Shown here: one piece after another, positions 9,801 through 15,729 of the stretch
Numbering within the stretch: position 1 is the first letter of the stretch
Layout: each line of letters opens with the position of its first letter
Source: Myxococcota bacterium
GTDB lineage: Bacteria > Myxococcota > JACRCW01
Length of the DNA stretch: 15,729 nt
Assembly (NCBI GenBank): GCA_040752415.1
Contig: JBFMGU010000250.1
Span: 1 to 15,729, forward strand
Direction: 5' to 3'
Made by a program: the position numbers and the translations under genes
The notes under the pieces: model-generated
The model's input: the letters and a program-made list of their open reading frames with translations, nothing else
The model's database searches: none
What the model was told of the DNA's origin: nothing

Positions 9801-10424
9801 CGGCAGCGCAAGGCCAGCGCGGGCGGCTACCACCAGAGCGTCCCGCATACCCAGCGTGGTCGCGCCACCGGGGTGAGCTGGGGCGGCTACGGCACCGCGT
9901 GCTTCCACTGTCACCTCACGGAAGCCACGAGCAACAACCCCAGTGCCGTGGACTTGGTGCGCACGACGACGGGACTGGGCGCATTGACCTATCGCAAGTT
10001 CGCGGCGGACCGCTTCGGGTGCCCCATGAACTTCACGAACTGCACGCCCAGCCCCAACGGCAACGCCAATTGCGCCGACGGCACACCCCTGGACAACCAC
10101 GCCCGCCCCTTCCGCTTCGACGGCAACACGAACCTCTGCCCACCGTCGTCCCAGAACGGCGCCGCCGCGGACATCTTCGCCGACTACGATCGCAAGGTGG
10201 AACCCGACGGCGTGAGCAACGCGAAGAACAGCCACCGGCGCGTGGACTTCAACGGCGTGGCCCGCACCGGCGCGCTCGACCCGGATGTCGCCGGCCCGCT
10301 GGGGTCGGAGCACCTTCAACTGCTGAACAATCTCAATGGCCAGGGCGTCGTGCTCACGCAGTGGCTCGACTGGAATGGCACGCGCTGCAACGTCGCCAGC
10401 TGCCCGGGCGGTTACGCCCCGTGA
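6837..10424 (+). CDS. Large lipoprotein multiheme c-type cytochrome (1195 aa, 11 CxxCH), paralog 2
   Basis: GGAGG at 6828-6832 before ATG 6837, 21 nt after the paralog 1 stop. Lipoprotein signal MRRCSAALLMALMTA|C (Cys16). Poly-Ser linker and Cys-rich insert. Heme motifs CMQCH, CTNCH, CGQCH, CGNCH, CAACH, CLPCH, CYDCH, CESCH, CHTCH, CVGCH, CFHCH, colinear with paralog 1. Confidence 0.92.
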   Translation: MRRCSAALLMALMTACTQDPGVAPCVEGGCDGVDGGSASSASSSSSGSSSSSSSSSSSSSGASSSGGCENGLCCPEGCVPNFDATACLNSITGGACGDECPNTCETDCPQLPDCSCWCDDGYGCDNGHATYNGQTYDCHSEAVWGGCCGGPSGDETGQVACMLFCNLDKVGAGLPPCDCPSPSPSNCMQCHNGAGPNDPSYSGGGLEDPHPWRTAGGQALGCTNCHGGDSTSGMYKDRAHVCPPPDIAQIRDNGEPRWEGVILDQYGPRAWSRYLHKAGLDKGQVDGVTGVPDQWSCPGPDGQPTRTVTNLDYLQFIAPGDLRVVETGKSCGQCHVNQSKNLPRSVIGTGGAIISSARFSFGIPNAVVGRSPWGADYAFRDITSLSNPGYGADYLEAGQVTSLQEPGFTGDYESNLNVQTVTSVLMADGVESNPNLDQQAWISYGTNRIRDGQSDLAKAITTTVIKQCGNCHAGNSGTNDSPGDFRGAGCAACHMEYGLDGRYRGSDPNLNVVEPADPDFLQPGERPHVRQHLIRGRYRVIPRQGQPDLTVLGMDSTRACLPCHAGSNHTTLQYLGIRPDPNQDVVNNRQYPANPLNALHLESFLDHEGRPLVGAPLDGGEPTSLLHGRTATQYVVYEDYGWRNIFYDPTFGGTPNANDPGARTPANRDDTPPDIHYERGLECYDCHTASEVHGNGRIYARGEHALSVTCESCHGNADHYATLSDNGFALDRLGNELRHVFKDQMGRYYLVGKRDGQAHFLPQVRDLVNPDSAVTRPGNNQPLYSANADFAMGRIDFDPTNGDGPVQGIVVDDQVRRARGFSHLGTPDNQGGIACHTCHTSWQNQCVGCHLDLQARANVDAYTRITSDYANNNTNGVPSLGFPWSRAISSDFISPINGEYVFHSSHAHATYVDVTTFSIGVGSRGRIVPFTSQQSWFNNLDSSGDQLQHVMTLLGVQEAETGSAATYGTVTGKGFFSDRLGSGSSAGNRQRKASAGGYHQSVPHTQRGRATGVSWGGYGTACFHCHLTEATSNNPSAVDLVRTTTGLGALTYRKFAADRFGCPMNFTNCTPSPNGNANCADGTPLDNHARPFRFDGNTNLCPPSSQNGAAADIFADYDRKVEPDGVSNAKNSHRRVDFNGVARTGALDPDVAGPLGSEHLQLLNNLNGQGVVLTQWLDWNGTRCNVASCPGGYAP
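6945..7031 (+). repeat. Poly-serine linker (~29 codons) in cytochrome paralog 2
   Basis: SASSASSSSSGSSSSSSSSSSSSSGASSS, including a (tct)4 run. Confidence 0.9.
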
Positions 10425-10562
10425 CGCACTGCTCGTGGGTCGCACGTCGCTGAGGCGTCGCTTCGGCACCCTGAAGCACTTGATGATCCAGCAGAGACCT
10501 GACACCGGGAGACTCCGTGACGTCGTTGCGTCGCGGAGTGTGGACTGGCCCCGTGACGCACT
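10416..10562. repeat. 15-bp direct repeat GCCCCGTGACGCACT (10416-10430 and 10548-10562) flanking an 11-bp hairpin (10512-10539)
   Basis: Both exact copies were read from the sequence, and the first includes the paralog 2 stop codon. Hairpin ACTCCGTGACG-tcgttg-CGTCGCGGAGT has one G-U pair. Confidence 0.55.
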
Positions 10563-10807
10563 CCCTGCGCCTGCCCCGGGCGGGCCGGTTCGCGGGCGAC
10601 AACCTCGTGGAGCGCGTTGTGCTCCGACGTCGGGTGGGGGTTTCGCGGGGTGTCACGCATTCCCGGTCGGACACAAGGGCGGGACCAGCCAGCCCGCCGG
10701 GGAAATATCCGTCGCGGGTGAGGGGCTTCCACAAGGCCGCGCGCCGCAAGCGCGCTCCCTCAAAGGGACGGAGGTGAGCTTCCCGTTGGCGGCACGGGGG
10801 AAGGAGC

Positions 10808-12652
10808 ATGAGCGTGGCTGCTGCGGAGTTCCTGTTGGCTCTGCTGGTGGCGGCAGTGGTTCCCGCACTCGCGGTCTGGTGGCGTTTGCGCAACCGGGAG
10901 GAGTCCGTGCGCCGCCTCGACGCGGCCCCCCCGTCGCGTGGAGAGCCCGCCGCCGTTTCGGCGCCAACGCCCGCGACCTCCGCGGGACGCCGCTCCGCCC
11001 CCCCGGACACGCCAACGCCGGGGGAACGGTCCCAGACCCGGCTGCAGCCCGTGTCCGAGCGTACCCCGACGCCGGGTCGCCTGCGCACCGGCATTCCCCA
11101 CGCTCCCATCACGCTGACCAACATCCCACGCCCCACCGCCCACCAATTCAGCCAGCCCTCGTTCCGTCCCGTGGTCGGCATTGACTTTGGCACCTCCAAC
11201 ACCTGCGCGGCCTGGGTCGACGCACAGGGCGCGTTGCGGGTCGTTCCCATCAACGGCACGGACTACGTGATGCCCACCGCCATCTGGTTCAGCGGGATGC
11301 AGAAGTTCGTGGTGGGGGCTGGTGCCCGGGAGCGGTTGCTGGACGACCCGGACAACGTCGTGCACGGCTTCAAGCGGTTCCTGGGTCGACGTTTTCGCTC
11401 GGACTTCGTTTCCCGCCACCGCGACCGCGTCAACTACAAGCTGGTGGAGGGCCGCGACGGGAAGGTGGCGGTGGAGGTGCATGGCACCGTCAAGCCGTTG
11501 CGTGAGCTCGCCTGTCACGTCATCCAGCGGGTGGCGGAGCTGGCCACGGCGAGCGCGGGTCGTCACGTCGAGGATTGCGTGCTCTCGGTGCCCGCGCACT
11601 TCGGGTACGAGCAGCGCCAGGAGGTCCGTGCCGCGGCGGAGATGGCGGGCCTGGAGGTGCGCGCCCTCATCAATGAACCCACCGCGGCGGCGCTGCGTTA
11701 CGCGCACCACCGTTCCATCCGGGGCAACGCGCTGGTCTACGACCTTGGCGGAGGCACCTTCGACGCGTCGCTGATCTGCGTGGAAGGTGGCGTGGTGCGC
11801 GTGCTGGCCACGGGTGGCGACGCCTTCCTGGGAGGCGCCGACTTCGACCAGAAGATCACCCACGCGGTCGCGTTTGACTTCGAGAGGCATCACGGTGTGG
11901 ACCTCACGACCCAGCGGGTGGTGCTGCAGCGCCTGAGGTTCGCCTGCGAGCTGGCCAAGATGACCCTGAGCACGCAGGAGGAGGTGTTGGTGCGTGTGCC
12001 TTTCGTGGGGATGAACCGGGGCCGGCCTCTGGACGTGGAATACCTCCTGACCCGCCGCGAGCTGGAGCTCATCATCGCGCCGCTGGTGGAACGCACCATG
12101 GGCACATGCGACGACCTGCTGCGCTGCGCGAACCTCACCTCCGACCTGGTGGGCGAGGTGATCCTGGTGGGCGGGCAGACGCGGACGCCCGCGGTGCGCC
12201 GCCGCGTCTTCAGCCGCTTCAACTTCGACCCCGCGCGCGCGCTGGACCCCGAGCTGGCGGTGTGCTCGGGCGCCGCGCTGCTGGGCCACTACCTGGAATG
12301 CGGGCGGAGCGTGCTGCAGGACGTGCTCTCCGTGCCGGTCTGGATGATGGTTCCGGGAGACGGGCCCCGGCAGGTCATTGCCGCCCAGACGCCGGTGCCG
12401 TGCTCACGACGGGTGACCGTGGACGTCACCACGCCCCTCGGAGCGCCGCAGACCGTGGTGTTCTTCGAGGCGCTGGAGCCCACCAGCCCGGACCGCACCA
12501 TCCTTGGCACGCTGCGGATGGACCCGGAGTGGTGTCGCGGCCCCGCCGGCACGGTGGACCTTGAGGTTCGCATGGCGCAGAACTTCTCCCTGGAGGTCCG
12601 CGTCCTCGGCGGGCAACAACCCGTGAAGCCGTTGACGCTGTGCGCGTCCTGA
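10808..12652 (+). CDS. Atypical Hsp70/DnaK-family protein with N-terminal transmembrane helix, Pro/Thr-rich linker and truncated substrate-binding domain
   Basis: SD AAGGAG at 10801-10806. Hydrophobic [18 protein letters not shown] followed by RLR. Hsp70 ATPase motifs [45 protein letters not shown] and LVGGQTRTP. The C-terminal part is short, with no evident helical lid. Not the housekeeping dnaK. Confidence 0.9.
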   Translation: MSVAAAEFLLALLVAAVVPALAVWWRLRNREESVRRLDAAPPSRGEPAAVSAPTPATSAGRRSAPPDTPTPGERSQTRLQPVSERTPTPGRLRTGIPHAPITLTNIPRPTAHQFSQPSFRPVVGIDFGTSNTCAAWVDAQGALRVVPINGTDYVMPTAIWFSGMQKFVVGAGARERLLDDPDNVVHGFKRFLGRRFRSDFVSRHRDRVNYKLVEGRDGKVAVEVHGTVKPLRELACHVIQRVAELATASAGRHVEDCVLSVPAHFGYEQRQEVRAAAEMAGLEVRALINEPTAAALRYAHHRSIRGNALVYDLGGGTFDASLICVEGGVVRVLATGGDAFLGGADFDQKITHAVAFDFERHHGVDLTTQRVVLQRLRFACELAKMTLSTQEEVLVRVPFVGMNRGRPLDVEYLLTRRELELIIAPLVERTMGTCDDLLRCANLTSDLVGEVILVGGQTRTPAVRRRVFSRFNFDPARALDPELAVCSGAALLGHYLECGRSVLQDVLSVPVWMMVPGDGPRQVIAAQTPVPCSRRVTVDVTTPLGAPQTVVFFEALEPTSPDRTILGTLRMDPEWCRGPAGTVDLEVRMAQNFSLEVRVLGGQQPVKPLTLCAS

Positions 12653-12793
12653 AGCGGGCGCACGTGGCAAACCCGCCGGCTCCTGACCTGCCCGGCCGGC
12701 CGCAACCGTCGGATCGACGGGGTGTCGTGCCTTCACGCCCGACGTTGGTGTCGTCGGGAAACAACCCCGAATGTGGTGCCCGTGCGCCGCGCC

Positions 12794-13357
12794 TCACCTG
12801 CGTCGTGAAACCTCGACACGTCCACCGGTCATGTAGAACACGCCCTTCGCCATGTGATGCAGCGTGCGGTCCTCGTCGCGCTCGAAGTGCCATTCACCGT
12901 TGCGGAACAACCGGTCCTCCGCCCACGCCGCGGTCACCTGCGCAATGAACAGGTCATACTGCTTCTCGTTGTGCGGCTCGCGGACCACCTTGCACTCCAG
13001 CCACGCGGCACAACCTTCCACCAGCGGCGCTTCCACCGTCGCGGCTGGCGCGGTGGCAATGCCGCGCGTGCTCAGCTTCTCCACGTCCCGCCCGCTCTCG
13101 CTTCCCACGGCGTACGTCAGATCCACCTGCGCCCGCGTGGGCACGTTCACCACGAAGGCGCCGGACGCGTCGACGAGGCCACGGGTGTGGGTATCCCCGG
13201 CAATCACCGCGCAGAGCTTGGGTGGGTCGAAGTCCAGCGCCATCACCCAGGCCGCGGCCATGATGTTCACCTTGCCCGCGTGCGCGCTGGTGATGAGCGT
13301 GGTGGGTCCGTGATTGATCAGCTTGTACGCCTTCCGCAGCTCCACCGGCACCCGCAT
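12794..13357 (-). CDS. Flavin reductase-like domain protein (FMN-binding split barrel)
   Basis: SD GGAGGAG directly upstream. Motifs LINHGPTTLITS, NIMAAAW, FVVNVP, GSESGRDVEK, APLVEGCAAWLECKV and YDLFIAQV, typical of DIM6/NTAB-type flavin reductase-like proteins. Confidence 0.88.
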   Translation of the reverse strand: MRVPVELRKAYKLINHGPTTLITSAHAGKVNIMAAAWVMALDFDPPKLCAVIAGDTHTRGLVDASGAFVVNVPTRAQVDLTYAVGSESGRDVEKLSTRGIATAPAATVEAPLVEGCAAWLECKVVREPHNEKQYDLFIAQVTAAWAEDRLFRNGEWHFERDEDRTLHHMAKGVFYMTGGRVEVSRRR

Positions 13358-13367
13358 GGTCTCCTCC

Positions 13368-14453
13368 TCAGCGGCACAGCGCCGCCACCCGTTCCGCCAG
13401 GTCCAACGACGCGGTCAGCCCGGGACTCTCGATTCCCACCAGGTTCACGAACCCCGGAAGGTCCTCACACAACACGAAGTCCTTTTCATCCGGCTCGTCC
13501 GGCGCGCGCAGCTTGGGGCGGATGCCGCACCCGTCGTAGCGCAACTGGTCCACGCGCAACGGCCCCAGCAGCTGCTGCGCCGCCGCGTGGAACGCCAGCA
13601 GCTTGTGCTCCGCCGACGAGAAATCATCCCGCCGCTCCACGTACTCCGCGTCCGGGCCCAACCGGTATCCCCCGCCGCGGTCCAACGCGAGATGCACGCC
13701 AAGCCCCGCGCTCCGCTTGTCCTTCACCGGGTAGATGAGGTGCCGGTACTCCACGGCCGTGCTTAGCCGGAAATAGTCTCCCCGGCAGGGATGCAGCTGA
13801 TACGCGGTGACACCCGCCAGGCACGCCACCCGGTCCGCGTCCAGCCCCGCGGCATTCACCACCCACCTCGTCGACACCCGGCCGCGCGCGCTGTCCACGC
13901 GCCACCCGTCCGGCCCGCGCTCCAACCCGTGCACCGCGGCGTGGCTCAGGATGGTGGCCCCGTGCTCCTCCGCCGCGATGGCCAGCGAGTGGGTCAGCTC
14001 GGTGGGATCCACCACACCCGTCTCGGCGCACATCATGGCCGCGGCCACCTGGAGCGAGGGTTCCAGCCTCGTCACCTCGTTCCCTGGCAGCAACGTACAA
14101 CCCGGCGCCCCCGACGCCACCACGTTCGCGTGCAGCTTCTCGAGCGCTTCACGTTGCCCCTCGTGCGTGGCCACCACCAGCTTCCCGGTCTTGCGGTGCC
14201 ACACGCCCTTGGCGGCGGCCCAGGCGTACAGCAGCACGTTCCCCCGGATGCAGCTCTGCGCCTTCAGCGAATTGGGCGCGTAGTAGAGGCCGCTGTGGAT
14301 GACGCCGCTGTTGCGGGAGGTGATGCCTTCACCCAGGCGCGGTCCCTTCTCCAGGAGCACCACGCTGCGACGGGCGCGGGACAACGCGTGGGCCACGGCG
14401 CACCCCACCACGCCACCACCGACCACGACGACGTCCACGCCATCCCACGTCAT
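13368..14453 (-). CDS. FAD-dependent oxidoreductase, L-2-hydroxyglutarate oxidase (LhgO)-like / DAO superfamily
   Basis: Rossmann VVVVGGGVVG...LLEK, plus TSRNSGVIHSG, GKLVVA, VVNAAGL, RGDYF, HLIYPV, GLGVH, GIRPKL and GIESPGLTASL. The start overlaps the upstream stop (ATGA at 14453-14450). Confidence 0.88.
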   Translation of the reverse strand: MTWDGVDVVVVGGGVVGCAVAHALSRARRSVVLLEKGPRLGEGITSRNSGVIHSGLYYAPNSLKAQSCIRGNVLLYAWAAAKGVWHRKTGKLVVATHEGQREALEKLHANVVASGAPGCTLLPGNEVTRLEPSLQVAAAMMCAETGVVDPTELTHSLAIAAEEHGATILSHAAVHGLERGPDGWRVDSARGRVSTRWVVNAAGLDADRVACLAGVTAYQLHPCRGDYFRLSTAVEYRHLIYPVKDKRSAGLGVHLALDRGGGYRLGPDAEYVERRDDFSSAEHKLLAFHAAAQQLLGPLRVDQLRYDGCGIRPKLRAPDEPDEKDFVLCEDLPGFVNLVGIESPGLTASLDLAERVAALCR

Positions 14454-15700
14454 GACGCCGCTTTGACCATCTCCTCCAGCCGGTTCAACCCCAGCTCCAG
14501 CTGCGCCATGGGCGGACCAAAGGAGAAGCGCACGTGTCGACCGAACAGGCTGTGCTCCGGCGTGCGGCGCTTGCCCGGGTTCACGTCAAAGAACAGGCCC
14601 GGCACGCACAGCACCTGGCGCTCCAGCGCCGCCTGGAAGAACGCGAATCCCGTCGAGAGCGGGGCCGGCAGCTCCGCCACGCTGCCCCACACGTAGAACG
14701 TCCCCTGCGGCGGGGTGTCCACGCGGACGCCCATGGCGGTGAGCCGCTGCAGCATGTAGTCGCGCTTGGCGCGGAAGTGCTTCTGCAGCGCCACCGTGTC
14801 GCGCGCCACCTCCTCGGGATCCATGAGCCCCAGCGCCGCACGTTGCACCGGGCGCGCCGCGCCGCCGTCAATGAAGGAGCCCGCGCTGCCAATGGCGTCC
14901 ATGGCCGCGCGCGGTCCCAGGGTCCAGCTCAGGCGCAGCCCGGGATAGCGCCAGTTCTTGGTGAGCCCGTCGACGAGGACCACGGGATCCTTGTTGACGT
15001 CCTCCACGTACTGCGCCGCGCTCACCGTGGTGCCCGGGGGCGCGTCCCACAGGTAGTGCGAGTAGAACTCGTCGAGGATGAGGGCGCAGTCGTACTTGCG
15101 CGCCAGCGCGGTCATCTCGGAGAGGTGCGGGCCCCGGACCACCTTCCCCGTGGGGTTGGCGGGATTGCTGAGCAGGATGGCGCCCAGGCCCATGCCCCGG
15201 ATGGTGCGCTCCATCCACGGCAGCTCCAACGCGTAGTGCAGCGCGGGGTCCAGCTGGAGCGGGATGGGCTTGAAGAGGCCAAAGACCTCCAGGAGCTCTT
15301 CGTAGGCGGTGTAATCGGGGATGAAGTGCCCCAGGTTCACCGCCGCCACGCTGGCCAACGTGCGCGTCAGCGCCGTGCGACCACCACCGCTCACCACCAC
15401 GTTCTCCGCGGCGTAGCGGCTCGGCATCCCCTTGCGATAGCGCGCGTTGTAGAGCTGGGCGATGGCGTCGCGAAGCTCCATCATCCCCTCCACCGGCGCG
15501 TATTCCATGTCCGGGGCGGAGAGCGGGATCGTCGTCATGCGCGGCGTGGTGCCGGGAATCTCGCCGGTCTCCGGCTGTCCCTGACCCAGGTTGGCCCAGT
15601 CCGGGGATCCGCGACGGTAGCCGCGCGCGCGCGCCTCGGTGTCGATGTAGATGACGCCGGTGCGGGGCACGCGACGGAAGGAAGTCAGCAAGTCCACCAT
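14450..15700 (-). CDS. PLP-dependent aminotransferase, class I/II
   Basis: NLGQGQPE, YAPVEG..ELRDAIA, SNPANPTG, LILDEFY, DGLTKNWRYPGLR (Schiff-base Lys), PQGTFYVW and VRFSF. The start is either ATG 15700 or GTG 15712, and neither has a clear SD. Confidence 0.9.
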   Translation of the reverse strand: MVDLLTSFRRVPRTGVIYIDTEARARGYRRGSPDWANLGQGQPETGEIPGTTPRMTTIPLSAPDMEYAPVEGMMELRDAIAQLYNARYRKGMPSRYAAENVVVSGGGRTALTRTLASVAAVNLGHFIPDYTAYEELLEVFGLFKPIPLQLDPALHYALELPWMERTIRGMGLGAILLSNPANPTGKVVRGPHLSEMTALARKYDCALILDEFYSHYLWDAPPGTTVSAAQYVEDVNKDPVVLVDGLTKNWRYPGLRLSWTLGPRAAMDAIGSAGSFIDGGAARPVQRAALGLMDPEEVARDTVALQKHFRAKRDYMLQRLTAMGVRVDTPPQGTFYVWGSVAELPAPLSTGFAFFQAALERQVLCVPGLFFDVNPGKRRTPEHSLFGRHVRFSFGPPMAQLELGLNRLEEMVKAAS

Positions 15701-15729
15701 GCGCCGCACCACACCCGCTTTTTCCCCCG

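Noticed and set aside
10336..11259. ORFs 10336-11184 (+), 10354-11259 (-) and small ORFs in the spacer
   Set aside because: Arg/Pro/Gly-rich off-frame translations overlapping well-supported genes.
10808..12652. Calling the Hsp70-like gene dnaK
   Set aside because: It has an N-terminal membrane segment, lacks the lid and the conserved linker, and has no grpE/dnaJ context.
12653..12793. Hairpins at 12706-12720 and 12738-12758 between convergent genes, and GGCAAACC resembling a c-di-GMP-I riboswitch start
   Set aside because: Short stems with no U-tract in the right orientation. The riboswitch GAAA tetraloop and GCAAAG elements are missing, and the site lies 3' of both genes.

Overview
High-GC bacterial window. 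Gene content and style (S9 peptidase, atypical Hsp70, Ser/Cys-rich lipoproteins, sigma54-type promoter) suggest Myxococcota/deltaproteobacteria, which is an inference. The + strand carries a small hypothetical gene, a secreted S9-family serine peptidase, two tandem paralogous ~1,200-aa lipoprotein multiheme c-type cytochromes, and a predicted membrane-anchored, lid-less Hsp70-like protein. Each cytochrome has 11 CxxCH motifs, a poly-Ser tether and Cys-rich modules, and the pair lies behind a candidate sigma54 promoter. The - strand carries a tightly packed three-gene operon: PLP aminotransferase, LhgO-like FAD oxidoreductase and flavin reductase-like protein. The most notable element is the duplicated giant 11-heme lipoprotein pair, a candidate cell-surface redox or extracellular electron transfer system. 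A triple 13-14 bp G-rich/C-rich repeat sits at the left edge. No rRNA, tRNA, CRISPR array or transposase was recognised.
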